64,000 bases of DNA, from the NCBI RefSeq assembly GCF_048403405.1, contig NZ_CP183129.1; one strand, 5' to 3'. Each line of letters opens with the position of its first letter. The stretch's first letter is position 1. The notes under the pieces are model-generated. The model ran no database searches and was not told where the DNA came from. It saw nothing but the letters and a program-made list of their open reading frames with translations. The position numbers and the translations under genes are program-made. Source of the DNA: Escherichia coli. GTDB lineage: Bacteria; Pseudomonadota; Gammaproteobacteria; Enterobacterales; Enterobacteriaceae. This document shows, piece after piece, positions 24,167-36,339 of this stretch.

Positions 24167-25555
24167 ATGACCATTACTCCGGCAACCCATGCAATTTCGA
24201 TAAATCCTGCCACTGGTGAACAACTTTCTGTGCTGCCGTGGGCTGGCGCTGACGATATAGAAAACGCACTTCAACTGGCGGCAGCAGGCTTTCGCGACTG
24301 GCGCGAGACAAATATAGATTATCGTGCTGAAAAACTGCGTGATATCGGTAAGGCTCTGCGTGTCCGTAGCGAAGAAATGGCGCAAATGATCACCCGTGAA
24401 ATGGGCAAACCAATCAACCAGGCGCGCGCTGAAGTGGCGAAATCGGCGAATTTGTGTGACTGGTATGCAGAACATGGTCCGGCAATGCTGAAGGCGGAAC
24501 CTACGCTGGTGGAAAATCAGCAGGCAGTTATTGAGTATCGACCGTTGGGGACAATTCTGGCGATTATGCCGTGGAATTTTCCGTTATGGCAGGTGATGCG
24601 TGGCGCGGTTCCCATCATTCTTGCAGGTAACGGCTACTTACTTAAACATGCGCCGAATGTGATGGGCTGTGCACAGCTCATTGCCCAGGTGTTTAAAGAT
24701 GCGGGTATCCCACAAGGCGTATATGGCTGGCTGAATGCCGACAACGACGGCGTCAGTCAGATGATTAAAGACTCGCGCATTGCTGCTGTCACGGTGACCG
24801 GAAGTGTTCGTGCGGGAGCGGCTATTGGCGCACAGGCTGGAGCGGCACTGAAAAAATGCGTACTGGAACTGGGCGGTTCGGATCCATTTATTGTGCTTAA
24901 CGATGCCGATCTGGAACTGGCGGTTAAAGCGGCGGTAGCCGGACGTTATCAGAATACCGGACAGGTTTGTGCAGCGGCAAAACGCTTTATCATCGAAGAG
25001 GGAATTGCTTCGGCATTTACCGAACGTTTTGTGGCAGCTGCGGCAGCCTTGAAAATGGGCGATCCCCGTGACGAAGAGAACACTCTCGGACCAATGGCTC
25101 GTTTTGATTTACGTGATGAGCTGCATCATCAGGTGGAGAAAACCCTGGCGCAGGGTGCGCGTTTGTTACTGGGCGGGGAAAAGATGGCTGGGGCAGGTAA
25201 CTACTATCCGCCAACGGTTCTGGCGAATGTTACCCCAGAAATGACCGCGTTTCGGGAAGAAATGTTTGGCCCCGTTGCGGCAATCACCATTGCGAAAGAT
25301 CCAGAACATGCACTGGAACTGGCTAATGATAGCGAGTTCGGCCTTTCAGCGACCATTTTTACCACTGACGAAACACAGGCCGGACAGATGGCGGCACGTC
25401 TGGAATGCGGTGGGGTGTTTATCAATGGTTATTGTGCCAGCGACGCGCGAGTGGCCTTTGGTGGCGTGAAAAAGAGTGGCTTTGGTCGTGAGCTTTCCCA
25501 TTTCGGCTTACACGAATTCTGTAATATCCAGACGGTGTGGAAAGACCGGATCTGA
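24167..25555 (+). CDS. sad: NAD(P)-dependent succinate-semialdehyde dehydrogenase
   Basis: 462-aa aldehyde dehydrogenase with catalytic Cys context (GQVCAAAKR) and ELGG motif. Confidence 0.9.
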   Translation: MTITPATHAISINPATGEQLSVLPWAGADDIENALQLAAAGFRDWRETNIDYRAEKLRDIGKALRVRSEEMAQMITREMGKPINQARAEVAKSANLCDWYAEHGPAMLKAEPTLVENQQAVIEYRPLGTILAIMPWNFPLWQVMRGAVPIILAGNGYLLKHAPNVMGCAQLIAQVFKDAGIPQGVYGWLNADNDGVSQMIKDSRIAAVTVTGSVRAGAAIGAQAGAALKKCVLELGGSDPFIVLNDADLELAVKAAVAGRYQNTGQVCAAAKRFIIEEGIASAFTERFVAAAAALKMGDPRDEENTLGPMARFDLRDELHHQVEKTLAQGARLLLGGEKMAGAGNYYPPTVLANVTPEMTAFREEMFGPVAAITIAKDPEHALELANDSEFGLSATIFTTDETQAGQMAARLECGGVFINGYCASDARVAFGGVKKSGFGRELSHFGLHEFCNIQTVWKDRI

Positions 25556-25618
25556 CGCTACATATTCAGCTCTGATATACTCGCAGGTCTTTTCAGACCT
25601 GCGGTCCAGGAGTAGAAA

Positions 25619-26545
25619 GTGGCAGTCGCCATGGATAATGCAATTTTAGAAAACATCTTGCGGCAAGTGCGGCCGCTCATTGGTCAGGGTAAAGTCGCGG
25701 ATTATATTCCGGCGCTGGCTACGGTAGACGGTTCCCGATTGGGCATTGCTATCTGTACCGTTGACGGACAGCTTTTTCAGGCCGGAGACGCGCAAGAACG
25801 TTTTTCCATTCAGTCTATTTCCAAAGTGCTGAGTCTCGTTGTCGCCATGCGTCATTACTCCGAAGAGGAAATCTGGCAACGCGTCGGCAAAGATCCGTCT
25901 GGATCACCGTTCAATTCTTTAGTGCAACTGGAAATGGAGCAGGGTATTCCGCGTAATCCGTTTATTAATGCCGGTGCGCTGGTGGTCTGCGATATGTTGC
26001 AAGGGCGATTAAGCGCTCCTCGGCAACGTATGCTGGAAGTCGTGCGCGGCTTAAGCGGTGTGTCTGATATTTCCTACGATACAGTGGTAGCGCGTTCCGA
26101 ATTTGAACACTCCGCGCGAAATGCGGCTATCGCCTGGCTGATGAAGTCGTTTGGCAATTTCCATCATGACGTGACAACCGTTCTGCAAAACTACTTTCAT
26201 TACTGCGCTCTGAAAATGAGCTGTGTAGAGCTGGCCCGGACGTTTGTCTTTCTGGCTAATCAGGGGAAAGCTATTCATATTGATGAACCTGTGGTGACGC
26301 CAATGCAGGCGCGGCAAATTAACGCACTGATGGCGACCAGTGGTATGTACCAGAACGCGGGGGAGTTTGCCTGGCGGGTGGGACTACCGGCGAAATCTGG
26401 CGTTGGTGGCGGTATTGTGGCGATTGTTCCGCATGAAATGGCCATCGCAGTCTGGAGCCCGGAACTGGATGATGCCGGTAACTCGCTTGCGGGCATTGCT
26501 GTCCTTGAACAATTGACGAAACAATTAGGGCGTTCGGTTTATTAA
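25619..26545 (+). CDS. glsB: Glutaminase 2
   Basis: 308-aa serine-dependent glutaminase (…[11 protein letters not shown]…). Confidence 0.9.
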   Translation: MAVAMDNAILENILRQVRPLIGQGKVADYIPALATVDGSRLGIAICTVDGQLFQAGDAQERFSIQSISKVLSLVVAMRHYSEEEIWQRVGKDPSGSPFNSLVQLEMEQGIPRNPFINAGALVVCDMLQGRLSAPRQRMLEVVRGLSGVSDISYDTVVARSEFEHSARNAAIAWLMKSFGNFHHDVTTVLQNYFHYCALKMSCVELARTFVFLANQGKAIHIDEPVVTPMQARQINALMATSGMYQNAGEFAWRVGLPAKSGVGGGIVAIVPHEMAIAVWSPELDDAGNSLAGIAVLEQLTKQLGRSVY

Positions 26546-26904
26546 TGCAGTCTCTCGATCCACTCTTCGCGCGTTTATCCCGTTCAAAATTTCGCTCTCG
26601 CTTTCGTTTGGGGGTGAAAGAGCGTCAGTATTGTCTGGAGAAAGGCGCGCCAGTCATCGAACAACATGCGGCGGATTTTGTCGCTAAACGTCTTGCTCCG
26701 GCATTACCGGCTAACGACGGTAAGCAAACCCCCATGCGCGGGCATCCGGTGTTTATCGCTCAGCACGCCACTGCAACCTGTTGTCGCGGTTGTCTGGCTA
26801 AGTGGCATAACATTCCGCAGGGTGTTTCGTTAAGCGAGGAACAACAACGTTATATCGTGGCGGTAATCTATCACTGGTTGGTTATACAGATGAATCAGCC
26901 ATGA
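26545..26904 (+). CDS. yneG: DUF4186-family protein YneG
   Basis: 119-aa ORF whose start overlaps the glsB stop; name by synteny. Confidence 0.8.
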   Translation: MQSLDPLFARLSRSKFRSRFRLGVKERQYCLEKGAPVIEQHAADFVAKRLAPALPANDGKQTPMRGHPVFIAQHATATCCRGCLAKWHNIPQGVSLSEEQQRYIVAVIYHWLVIQMNQP

Positions 26905-27042
26905 TAATCGCGGAAAACGATAAAATAGCATTCCCAGGATATCTTTATTTGCCGCCGCTGTCAGCGAACATGCTATCCTTTATAAGAATTTACTTATTAC
27001 GTTGAGATAATTGCCACCCGCAATTGTATGGACAGATAATTA

Positions 27043-28461
27043 ATGCATGTACAGCCCATTTCAACTTTCCGTTTGTTCCAGGAAGGTCATCTGCTACGTA
27101 ATAGCATCGCTATTTTTGCGCTAACCACGCTGTTCTATTTTATTGGTGCAGAGTTACGGCTGGTTCACGAACTTTCTCTTTTCTGGCCGCTGAATGGCGT
27201 AATGGCGGGGGTGTTTGCCCGCTATGTCTGGCTTAATCGACTGCATTACTATGCGATCAGTTATGTGGCAATGCTGGTTTATGATGCCATAACCACCGAA
27301 TGGGGGCTGGTTTCACTGGCTATCAATTTCTCCAATATGATGTTTATTGTTACCGTCGCCTTACTGGTCGCGCGGGATAAGCGTCTGGGGAAAAATAAGT
27401 ATGAGCCAGTAAGTGCCTTACGGCTATTTAATTACTGTCTGATTGCCGCATTATTATGCGCTATTGTCGGGGCGATTGGTTCGGTCAGTATTGATAGTCT
27501 GGATTTCTGGCCTTTGCTTGCCGACTGGTTCAGTGAGCAATTCTCAACGGGCGTGTTGATCGTGCCTTGTATGCTGACGTTGGCAATTCCTGGAGTGCTG
27601 CCGCGCTTTAAAGCAGAACAGATGATGCCCGCTATCGCGCTTATTGTGTCGGTTATTGCCTCGGTAGTCATTGGCGGAGCGGGGAGTCTGGCGTTCCCAC
27701 TGCCTGCATTAATCTGGTGTGCAGTGCGCTATACGCCGCAGGTAACATGTCTGTTGACCTTTGTCACCGGTGCGGTGGAAATCGTACTGGTGGCAAATTC
27801 GGTGATTGATATCTCGGTCGGTTCGCCATTCTCCATTCCGGAAATGTTCTCCGCACGTCTCGGTATTGCCACGATGGCGATATGCCCAATTATGGTTTCT
27901 TTTAGCGTGGCAGCGATCAATTCGCTAATGAAGCAAGTTGCGCTGCGAGCCGACTTTGATTTTCTGACTCAGGTTTACTCACGGTCCGGTCTTTATGAGG
28001 CGCTGAAAAGTCCATCGCTGAAACAGACACAACATCTGACTGTCATGCTGCTTGATATCGACTATTTCAAAAGTATTAACGATAACTATGGACATGAATG
28101 TGGCGATAAAGTGTTAAGCGTGTTTGCAAGGCATATTCAGAAGATTGTCGGTGATAAGGGGCTGGTGGCACGAATGGGCGGCGAAGAATTTGCTGTTGCA
28201 GTGCCGTCGGTGAATCCTGTCGATGGTCTGCTAATGGCGGAAAAAATCCGTAAAGGCGTTGAACTGCAACCATTCACCTGGCAACAAAAAACGCTTTATC
28301 TCACGGTAAGTATTGGCGTCGGTAGTGGTCGCGCATCGTACCGAACGCTGACCGATGACTTTAATAAATTGATGGTCGAAGCCGATACGTGTCTGTATCG
28401 CTCGAAGAAAGATGGGCGCAACCGTACCAGCACTATGCGTTACGGTGAGGAAGTTGTCTGA
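27043..28461 (+). CDS. dgcF: Membrane-anchored diguanylate cyclase DgcF (YneF), full-length form with N-terminal multi-TM sensor domain
   Basis: 472-aa ORF; N-terminal half hydrophobic with multiple TM segments; C-terminal GGDEF domain with GGEEF motif (RMGGEEFAVAV). Confidence 0.85.
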   Translation: MHVQPISTFRLFQEGHLLRNSIAIFALTTLFYFIGAELRLVHELSLFWPLNGVMAGVFARYVWLNRLHYYAISYVAMLVYDAITTEWGLVSLAINFSNMMFIVTVALLVARDKRLGKNKYEPVSALRLFNYCLIAALLCAIVGAIGSVSIDSLDFWPLLADWFSEQFSTGVLIVPCMLTLAIPGVLPRFKAEQMMPAIALIVSVIASVVIGGAGSLAFPLPALIWCAVRYTPQVTCLLTFVTGAVEIVLVANSVIDISVGSPFSIPEMFSARLGIATMAICPIMVSFSVAAINSLMKQVALRADFDFLTQVYSRSGLYEALKSPSLKQTQHLTVMLLDIDYFKSINDNYGHECGDKVLSVFARHIQKIVGDKGLVARMGGEEFAVAVPSVNPVDGLLMAEKIRKGVELQPFTWQQKTLYLTVSIGVGSGRASYRTLTDDFNKLMVEADTCLYRSKKDGRNRTSTMRYGEEVV

Positions 28462-28688
28462 CATCTTTATTCATTCACAGCGATTTTAACGGAATGTGTT
28501 CTACCACTTTATTGAGCGAATAAAAGGCGTAGTTCCTCGATTAAACCATGATCCGCGCCACACTTTTCTCATAAAACTGCTCATTAATCATCAGGAGTTG
28601 ATCAAAACAGGGGTTCGGTGTATTAAAGTTTGCTAACCTGTCGTACCAATTCAAACAGGTTGTATGACTAATCAGAAGGGAACCCATT

Positions 28689-30140
28689 GTGAAAACACTA
28701 AATCGTCGCGATTTTCCCGGTGCACAGTATCCAGAACGTATCATTCAGTTTGGTGAAGGTAACTTCCTGCGCGCCTTTGTTGACTGGCAAATCGATCTCC
28801 TGAATGAGCACACCGATCTGAATTCTGGCGTGGTCGTTGTTCGTCCGATTGAAACTTCATTCCCACCGTCACTGAGCACACAGGATGGTCTGTACACCAC
28901 CATTATCCGTGGCCTGAATGAGAAGGGTGAAGCGGTCAGCGACGCGCGTCTGATTCGCTCGGTTAATCGTGAAATCAGCGTCTACAGTGAATTCGATGAA
29001 TTCCTGAAACTGGCGCACAATCCGGAAATGCGCTTTGTTTTCTCTAACACCACCGAAGCGGGTATCAGCTACCATGCGGGCGATAAATTCGATGACGCGC
29101 CGGCTGTAAGTTATCCGGCAAAACTGACCCGTCTGCTGTTCGAACGTTTTAGCCATTTCAACGGTGCGCTGGATAAAGGTTGGATCATCATCCCGTGTGA
29201 GTTGATCGACTACAATGGCGACGCGTTGCGTGAACTTGTGCTGCGCTATGCGCAAGAGTGGGCACTACCAGAAGCATTTATTCAATGGCTGGATCAGGCT
29301 AACAGCTTCTGTTCTACGCTGGTGGACCGTATCGTTACCGGCTATCCGCGTGATGAAGTGGCTAAACTGGAAGAAGAACTGGGTTATCACGATGGTTTCC
29401 TCGACACCGCTGAACACTTTTACCTGTTTGTGATTCAGGGGCCGAAATCCTTAGCGACTGAACTGCGTCTGGACAAATATCCGCTCAACGTGCTGATTGT
29501 TGACGATATTAAACCGTATAAAGAACGCAAAGTGGCAATACTCAACGGTGCGCACACCGCGCTGGTGCCGGTGGCGTTCCAGGCAGGGCTGGATACCGTA
29601 GGTGAAGCGATGAACGATGCTGAAATTTGCGCATTCGTTGAAAAAGCCATCTACGAAGAGATTATTCCGGTACTGGATTTGCCTCGTGATGAACTGGAAT
29701 CTTTCGCCAGTGCAGTCACCGGACGTTTCCGTAATCCGTACATCAAGCATCAGCTGCTGTCTATCGCGCTTAACGGTATGACCAAGTTCCGCACCCGTAT
29801 CCTGCCGCAGCTGCTGGCAGGGCAGAAGGCAAACGGCACACTTCCGGCGCGCCTTACTTTCGCATTAGCGGCATTGATTGCGTTTTATCGCGGTGAGCGT
29901 AATGGAGAAACATATCCGGTACAGGACGATGCCCACTGGCTGGAACGTTATCAGCAACTCTGGAGCCAGCATCGTGACCGTGTTATCGGCACCCAGGAGT
30001 TGGTAGCGATTGTGTTGGCAGAAAAAGACCACTGGGAGCAGGACCTGACGCAAGTGCCTGGTCTGGTCGAGCAGGTGGCTAATGACCTGGATGTGATTCT
30101 CGAAAAAGGAATGCGCGAAGCTGTACGTCCGTTGTGCTAA
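28689..30140 (+). CDS. uxaB: Altronate oxidoreductase (tagaturonate reductase)
   Basis: 483-aa mannitol dehydrogenase-family enzyme; apparent GTG start; N-terminus [30 protein letters not shown]. Confidence 0.9.
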   Translation: MKTLNRRDFPGAQYPERIIQFGEGNFLRAFVDWQIDLLNEHTDLNSGVVVVRPIETSFPPSLSTQDGLYTTIIRGLNEKGEAVSDARLIRSVNREISVYSEFDEFLKLAHNPEMRFVFSNTTEAGISYHAGDKFDDAPAVSYPAKLTRLLFERFSHFNGALDKGWIIIPCELIDYNGDALRELVLRYAQEWALPEAFIQWLDQANSFCSTLVDRIVTGYPRDEVAKLEEELGYHDGFLDTAEHFYLFVIQGPKSLATELRLDKYPLNVLIVDDIKPYKERKVAILNGAHTALVPVAFQAGLDTVGEAMNDAEICAFVEKAIYEEIIPVLDLPRDELESFASAVTGRFRNPYIKHQLLSIALNGMTKFRTRILPQLLAGQKANGTLPARLTFALAALIAFYRGERNGETYPVQDDAHWLERYQQLWSQHRDRVIGTQELVAIVLAEKDHWEQDLTQVPGLVEQVANDLDVILEKGMREAVRPLC

Positions 30141-30336
30141 TACTCTGAACCCGGTTTCGACCGGGTTTCTTATTTCACTATATTAGTTACAACATTCTAT
30201 GTACCTTTATCATTAACGGGTGCCATATGCCACACCTGTAAATGTTGTAAGCTTGTAGGTAATTTGTACGTAGCGTCTTGAGAATGTGATCGTAATCACG
30301 TTTAATAGGGCGACTTTTCCACGCCTGAAGATAACC

Positions 30337-31251
30337 ATGATTGTTCGTCCACAACAACACTGGCTGCGCCGTATTTTTGTCTGGCATGGCTCAGTATTAT
30401 CCAAGATGTCCTCGCGCTTACTACTCAATTTTCTCTTTTCTATCGCTGTTATTTTCATGCTGCCCTGGTACACGCATCTGGGCATCAAATTCACCCTCGC
30501 ACCGTTCAGCATTCTCGGTGTCGCCATCGCCATTTTTCTTGGTTTTCGTAATAATGCCGGGTACGCCCGTTACGTTGAAGCGCGAAAACTTTGGGGGCAG
30601 TTGATGATTGCCTCACGGTCGTTACTGCGGGAGGTAAAAACGACATTGCCGGATTCGGCAAGTGTAAGGGAGTTTGCCCGGCTGCAAATTGCCTTCGCCC
30701 ATTGTTTACGCATGACATTACGCAAACAACCACAGGCGGAAGTACTGGCTCAATATCTCAAGACGGAAGATCTTCAGCGAGTACTGGCTTCGAACTCTCC
30801 AGCTAACCGTATCTTGTTAATAATGGGGGAGTGGTTGGCGGTTCAGCGCCGCAATGGACAGCTTTCAGATATCCTGTTTATTAGCCTCAACGATCGGCTT
30901 AACGATATTTCAGCGGTTCTGGCAGGCTGCGAGCGCATTGCCTATACGCCAATTCCCTTTGCCTACACCCTGATTTTGCATCGTACCGTTTATCTGTTTT
31001 GTATCATGCTGCCGTTCGCGCTGGTCGTGGACCTGCATTACATGACGCCTTTTATCTCTGTGCTGATTTCCTACACTTTTATTTCGCTGGATTGTCTGGC
31101 GGAAGAACTGGAAGATCCCTTCGGTACTGAAAACAATGATTTACCGCTGGATGCCATCTGCAACGCTATTGAAATTGACCTGTTACAGATGAACGATGAA
31201 GCAGAAATTCCAGCAAAAATTCTTCCCGATCGTCATTACCAGCTGACGTAA
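30337..31251 (+). CDS. yneE: Bestrophin-like membrane protein YneE
   Basis: 304 aa from the internal Met (MIVRPQQHWLRRIF...); the ORF track began 17 codons upstream. Confidence 0.85.
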   Translation: MIVRPQQHWLRRIFVWHGSVLSKMSSRLLLNFLFSIAVIFMLPWYTHLGIKFTLAPFSILGVAIAIFLGFRNNAGYARYVEARKLWGQLMIASRSLLREVKTTLPDSASVREFARLQIAFAHCLRMTLRKQPQAEVLAQYLKTEDLQRVLASNSPANRILLIMGEWLAVQRRNGQLSDILFISLNDRLNDISAVLAGCERIAYTPIPFAYTLILHRTVYLFCIMLPFALVVDLHYMTPFISVLISYTFISLDCLAEELEDPFGTENNDLPLDAICNAIEIDLLQMNDEAEIPAKILPDRHYQLT

Positions 31252-31254
31252 GAT

Positions 31255-32013
31255 TTACTCCGTACGCCGGGCAACAATAAACAGACGCGGAAATGCCAGC
31301 AGTATCTCTCCGTTCTCTTGCAGTGGATACTGCTCTTCCAGCATCTGATGGTAGCGCGTAAGAAAATGCTGCTGTTCGCTCTCGGTCAGATCCTGTAACC
31401 ACGGACGTAATCCAGTGGCGGTCACCCAATCGATAATCGCCTGGTGCGACGGCATCTGGTGATAGTAGGTGGTTCGCCAGATATCGACCTCACATCCGGC
31501 TTCGCTCAAAATATCGTAGTAAGCATGAACGCCAGCCAGCGGCTCACGCCCGCGATCCGGGTAGTTTTGTTCCCAGGCAACTTCGCGCATGAGCACATGG
31601 GTCGGCTCCAGCCAGTTATCTGGCATCTGTACTGCCAGCACGCCCTGCGGATTAAGTAAAGAAACCAGATGAGGGAACAATTCGTAGTGGTCGGGCAGCC
31701 ATTGCAGTGAGGCATTAGCAAAAATCAGATCGAGTGCCTGTTCCGGTTGCCAGTTGCGGATGTCTGCTTCCACGAACTGGCAGTCTGGCAAAGCACTGCG
31801 CGCTTCAGCAATCATCGCCGGAGACGAGTCGATGCCTGTTATCCTGGCCGCAGGCCAACGTTGATGCAGCAGGGCGGTGCTGTTACCTGGGCCACAGCCA
31901 AGATCGGCAACGTATTCGATATTCTCCAGCGGCACTCTGGCAAGTAGCTCCACCGCCGGACGCGATCGTTCAGCGGCAAAGTGCAGATATAAAGAGGGGT
32001 TCCAGTCAGACAT
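31255..32013 (-). CDS. tam: Trans-aconitate 2-methyltransferase
   Basis: 252-aa SAM-dependent methyltransferase with motif [10 protein letters not shown]. Confidence 0.9.
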   Translation of the reverse strand: MSDWNPSLYLHFAAERSRPAVELLARVPLENIEYVADLGCGPGNSTALLHQRWPAARITGIDSSPAMIAEARSALPDCQFVEADIRNWQPEQALDLIFANASLQWLPDHYELFPHLVSLLNPQGVLAVQMPDNWLEPTHVLMREVAWEQNYPDRGREPLAGVHAYYDILSEAGCEVDIWRTTYYHQMPSHQAIIDWVTATGLRPWLQDLTESEQQHFLTRYHQMLEEQYPLQENGEILLAFPRLFIVARRTE

Positions 32014-32069
32014 TTTTTTACTCCCGTCAGCGCGTTACCCCAATTGTAGATAAAATTGATAAATTCGCC

Positions 32070-32360
32070 TCACGGCATCAACCCATTGAACAGACGTTTT
32101 TTACGCGGCCCGGTCATTAAAGCTTCCAGTTTCGCGACACAGGTTTTGTAGTGGGGCGTGGTTTTATGGAACGCCACTGCGTCTTCATCTTTATAGGCTT
32201 CGTAGATAAAAAAGCGCGAATTCACTTCCGGGTCCTGTAAGACATCGAAGCGCAAATTGCCTTCTTCCTGTACCGAGCCCAGGTGGTTCTGGCGAAAAAC
32301 TTCGATAAACTCGTCAACCTTGTCTTCATGAACGTTAATTTCAACCAGTGTGACGTGCAT
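32070..32360 (-). CDS. lsrG: Autoinducer-2 degradation protein LsrG (ABM-fold)
   Basis: 96 aa from the internal Met ([18 protein letters not shown]...); the longer track ORF would overlap lsrF. Confidence 0.9.
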   Translation of the reverse strand: MHVTLVEINVHEDKVDEFIEVFRQNHLGSVQEEGNLRFDVLQDPEVNSRFFIYEAYKDEDAVAFHKTTPHYKTCVAKLEALMTGPRKKRLFNGLMP

Positions 32361-32382
32361 GTTTCTTCTCCTTAATCCGCAG

Positions 32383-33258
32383 TTACTGTTTTTCACTCAG
32401 ATAGAGTTCATATGCCCGATCAGCCGTTTCGTTATGGTGTACTACCGCCTGTACGGCTTTCATCATCGCCACCGGATGGTCAGACTGGAAAATATTACGC
32501 CCCATATCCACACCAGAAGCGCCCTGATCGATAGCCTGCCAGCACATTTCCAGCGCCTCGCGCTCCGGTAATTTTTTACCGCCAGCAATAACAATGGGTA
32601 CCGGACATCCGGCAACAATCCGTTCAAAACCTTTATCGACATAATAGGTTTTGATAATTTGCGCCCCCATTTCAGCGGCGATTCGAGTCGCGAGCGAGAA
32701 ATAACGCTGATCGCGCACCATATCTTTGCCCACGCCAGTCACGGCCATGGTCGGCATTCCCACTTTCATTCCGGCATCAACCAGCTGAATAATATTTTTG
32801 ATCGACTGATGTTCATATTCGCTGCCGATATAAACCTGCGCCGCCACCGCGCAACTGTTCAGGCGCACGGCGTCGTCCATCGATAACGCCACGGCTTCAT
32901 TACTTAATTCCGCCAGAATAGAGTTCGCACCAGACGCCCGCAGTACCACCGGCCTATTGGTCGCCGGGGGGACTACGCTGCGCAAAATACCGCGCGTACA
33001 CATTAATACATCGGCATGTTCAAACAGCGGGGCGATATTTATATCAATGCGTTCAAGTCCGGTAGTCGGCCCCTGAAAATATCCATGGTCAAAGGCCAGC
33101 ATCACGGTTTTACCCGTTTTCGGATTAAATATCCGCGATAAGCGTGACTGCATTCCCCAATCCAGTGCACCGCAACCTTTCAGGGTAAAAGGGATATTTT
33201 GTTGCGGTTGATCGGTACGAAAATCTTTACCATCTTTAATATCATCTAAATCTGCCAT
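32383..33258 (-). CDS. lsrF: LsrF, class I aldolase-family enzyme acting on phospho-AI-2
   Basis: 291-aa DeoC/FbaB-like aldolase fold; synteny within the lsr operon. Confidence 0.9.
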   Translation of the reverse strand: MADLDDIKDGKDFRTDQPQQNIPFTLKGCGALDWGMQSRLSRIFNPKTGKTVMLAFDHGYFQGPTTGLERIDINIAPLFEHADVLMCTRGILRSVVPPATNRPVVLRASGANSILAELSNEAVALSMDDAVRLNSCAVAAQVYIGSEYEHQSIKNIIQLVDAGMKVGMPTMAVTGVGKDMVRDQRYFSLATRIAAEMGAQIIKTYYVDKGFERIVAGCPVPIVIAGGKKLPEREALEMCWQAIDQGASGVDMGRNIFQSDHPVAMMKAVQAVVHHNETADRAYELYLSEKQ

Positions 33259-33284
33259 AACTTACTCCGGTTAAGTAATGCACA

Positions 33285-34307
33285 TCAGAAATCGTATTTG
33301 CCGATATTCTCTTTGTTGAATATCACGCGCTCCGGTAACAGTACGATGCCATTACCATCCGCTTCGTAGTCATAGCCCTGAACGCTGTTTGGCGAGACTT
33401 CCACCTGACCTACGCCCTGGATATCCAGCTTGTCGCCCGTTTTCATTGATCCTTTTTTCAATAATGCATCCGCGACATACACTGAAATTTTGCCTTGCTG
33501 AACCACATCCCACAGGCCAAATTCTTTCACCGTGCCGCGTTCCACATATGGACGCATCACGTTTGGCGTACTGAATCCGACAATCGCAACTTTGTCATTT
33601 TTCAGGTTTTCTGCGGCTTGTGCGGCAGCGGGCAGGGCATTGGCATCGGGGGCGATAATGGCGTCGAGATCGCTATACGCTTTTAATATTCCTTCTGCGG
33701 TTTGTAACGATTTAGTGGCATCGTTATAGCCAAACTGCGTAGTGACAATTTCCCAGCCTGGATGCTCTTTGGCGATTTTCGCTTTCGCTTCTTTCACCCA
33801 CTGGTTTTGGTCCGTAACGGTGGGGCTTGAGTAGAAAAAAGCGACTTTGGCTTTGTCTTTATTCACCTGACGCGCCGCCATATCCACCAACATACCTCCC
33901 AACTGGGCGGGCGTTCCCTGATTAATGTAGTAAGAGCGGCACTCCGGTTTAGTATCAGAGTCCCAGGTCAGCACTCTCACACCACGTTGCATGGCGCGTT
34001 TCAGTGCCGGACACAAGCCATCAGGCGAAACCGCAGAAACGATAATGGCGTTATAACCTTGATTGACGAAGTTATTAATCAACTGTACCTGACCAGAAAC
34101 ACTGGGTTCTGTCGGCCCGTCGTAGGTCACATCAACGCCCAGCTCTTTACCCGCTTGTTGTGCGCCGTTGCCACCGCTGGTAAAAAATCCCACGCCAACC
34201 AGTTTGGGAATAAATGCAATACGCTCTGCGGCCTGCACATTCATAGAGATTGCGGCAATGCCAAGCGCGCTAAGTAAGGCGATTTTCTTAAAGCGATGAA
34301 GTGTCAT
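33285..34307 (-). CDS. lsrB: Periplasmic AI-2 binding protein LsrB
   Basis: 340 aa with signal peptide; periplasmic sugar-binding fold. Confidence 0.9.
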   Translation of the reverse strand: MTLHRFKKIALLSALGIAAISMNVQAAERIAFIPKLVGVGFFTSGGNGAQQAGKELGVDVTYDGPTEPSVSGQVQLINNFVNQGYNAIIVSAVSPDGLCPALKRAMQRGVRVLTWDSDTKPECRSYYINQGTPAQLGGMLVDMAARQVNKDKAKVAFFYSSPTVTDQNQWVKEAKAKIAKEHPGWEIVTTQFGYNDATKSLQTAEGILKAYSDLDAIIAPDANALPAAAQAAENLKNDKVAIVGFSTPNVMRPYVERGTVKEFGLWDVVQQGKISVYVADALLKKGSMKTGDKLDIQGVGQVEVSPNSVQGYDYEADGNGIVLLPERVIFNKENIGKYDF

Positions 34308-34318
34308 GAAGATATCCT

Positions 34319-35311
34319 TTATGGCAATGGGTTATTGGCCCGACGCGCCAGCCACTCTTTAATTTGCTGGCGATGCAGGCTAACGGAACGACCTACGACA
34401 ACGACGATAAGTAGCGCACCGGAAAGGGCGCTGGACACCTGATTTGGCACTCCTGCCATTTGCAAACCTTGTTGCAAATATCCCACTAATAAAACCGCAA
34501 TGGCGGTGCCGATAATGGAACCGGAACCACCATAAATATTGGCACCGCCGAGCACCACGGCGGTGATGGCGGGCATCAGAAATGACGCACCGAGATCGGA
34601 ACGTGCTGAACCAAAATACGATACCAGCAGCACAGCGGCGACCGCAGATGCCAGACCCGTCATGGCATAGAGCGCACACAAGGTGCGGTTAACTGGAATC
34701 GCGCTATAAACCGCCACACGCGGGCTTTGCCCAATTAAAAACACGTTACGTCCGGCATGGGTTTTATGCAGCCAGAGCCAGAAAACGAGGAGACATATCA
34801 GGAAGATAATCAGCGGAACAGGGAGTCCCAGCACATCCAGGTTAGCGAAATCTGTAAACGCCATCGGGAATCCACCAATACCTTCGTACCCCGTCGCTCC
34901 GGCCATCCCGGAAAGCAGCAGGGCGCTTCCGGCAAACAGATACAGCGTGCCAAGCGTAATCACCAGCGGGTTAACTTTGGTATAGATAATTAATCCGGCG
35001 TTGATCAACCCGCACAATGCGCCGAGCAGTAAGGTCAGAAGAATCGCCAGCGGCATCGGCACACCACTTTGAAACAGTACGCCCAATGCAATGGCGCAGA
35101 GGCCGATAGTCGAACCAAACGAAATATCGATCCCACCACTGACAATCACCATCGTCAGCGGTAGGGCGACAATGCCAATGCAGATAAAGTCACTGGTGCT
35201 GAACAGCAACATATTGAGATCTAACATCCGCGGGTTAATTACACCAAATGCAACAATCTCAATAACGAGCAGTGCGGCAAGAGCCAGTTCCCAACCGTAG
35301 CGAATACGCAT
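34319..35311 (-). CDS. lsrD: AI-2 ABC transporter permease LsrD
   Basis: 330-aa ABC permease. Confidence 0.9.
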   Translation of the reverse strand: MRIRYGWELALAALLVIEIVAFGVINPRMLDLNMLLFSTSDFICIGIVALPLTMVIVSGGIDISFGSTIGLCAIALGVLFQSGVPMPLAILLTLLLGALCGLINAGLIIYTKVNPLVITLGTLYLFAGSALLLSGMAGATGYEGIGGFPMAFTDFANLDVLGLPVPLIIFLICLLVFWLWLHKTHAGRNVFLIGQSPRVAVYSAIPVNRTLCALYAMTGLASAVAAVLLVSYFGSARSDLGASFLMPAITAVVLGGANIYGGSGSIIGTAIAVLLVGYLQQGLQMAGVPNQVSSALSGALLIVVVVGRSVSLHRQQIKEWLARRANNPLP

Positions 35312-36339
35312 TACGCGGCCTCCCGTTTTTTACCTGACGAAGCGGGTTTAACGGATGGCGGTGGCATCATAAAGCGGGCATATTTTTGCCGCCGTAGATT
35401 ACGTTCCAGCGCACAACGCAGGCGTCCATCAAACACCAGCACCGCCAGCAGAACCAGGCCCGCGATAAAATCATTCCACCATGCCGGAATGCGCAACAGC
35501 ACCAGTACACTATCGATCTGCGTCAGGAACCATGCGCCGAGTACCGCACCGATGATCGCGCCGGAACCGCCGAGCAAACTAATGCCGCCCAGCACGCAGG
35601 CTGCAATTGCTTTCATCTCCAGCCCGGTACCGGTCTGGTTGGGGATAAAACCAATCTGCGAAGCAAACACAATCCCCGCCAGTGCCGCCATGCAGCCGTT
35701 CAACGAAAATGCCACAATGCGAATGGCTTCCGTACGAACGCCCAGTTGACGAGCGCCCTGTAAATTATCGCCCGTGGCATAAAAACTGCGTCCAAACGCC
35801 GTCTTTGCCAGCAGCCAGGCCATAAATGCCACCAGAATTATCGTCAACCAACCAATCGCGGAAACGCCAAACAGCAGCGGGGCGGAGAGTTGTTTCAGTT
35901 CGGCGGGTAATCCCTCAATCCATTTACCGCCAGTCCACAGCAACATGATGCCTCTGTACAACCCTAACGTGCCAAGGGTGGCGACAATGGCAGGGATCTT
36001 TAGCCACGCGACCAGGACACCGTTAAAAAATCCCGCGAGCAAACCAAGCAGTAAAGTCGCGACACAAGCAACAGGTAGTGAATACCCCGCGTTCAGTAAC
36101 ATCCCCAATAGCACCGCGCACATTCCGGTAATCGAACCTACCGAAACATCGATATTGCGCGTGAGCATCACCAGCGTCGCGCCCATTGCCAGCAGGATCA
36201 GGATTTGCGCGCTGCTATAAACCATGGTCAGCGTTTGCATACTTAAATACTGGCGGTCGAGAAAACCGGGTAATACAAACAGCAGCACCACCGCCAGCAG
36301 TGCCGTGATTTCACGGTTGTTCTGAATAAATTTCAGCAT
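35311..36339 (-). CDS. lsrC: AI-2 ABC transporter permease LsrC
   Basis: 342-aa ABC permease; overlaps lsrD by 1 nt and lsrA by 7 nt. Confidence 0.9.
   Translation of the reverse strand: MLKFIQNNREITALLAVVLLFVLPGFLDRQYLSMQTLTMVYSSAQILILLAMGATLVMLTRNIDVSVGSITGMCAVLLGMLLNAGYSLPVACVATLLLGLLAGFFNGVLVAWLKIPAIVATLGTLGLYRGIMLLWTGGKWIEGLPAELKQLSAPLLFGVSAIGWLTIILVAFMAWLLAKTAFGRSFYATGDNLQGARQLGVRTEAIRIVAFSLNGCMAALAGIVFASQIGFIPNQTGTGLEMKAIAACVLGGISLLGGSGAIIGAVLGAWFLTQIDSVLVLLRIPAWWNDFIAGLVLLAVLVFDGRLRCALERNLRRQKYARFMMPPPSVKPASSGKKREAA

Noticed and set aside
32361-32396. Longer lsrG start (108-aa ORF beginning at 32396)
   Set aside because: Would overlap lsrF by 14 nt and add a basic N-terminal extension; the internal ATG gives the canonical 96-aa LsrG.
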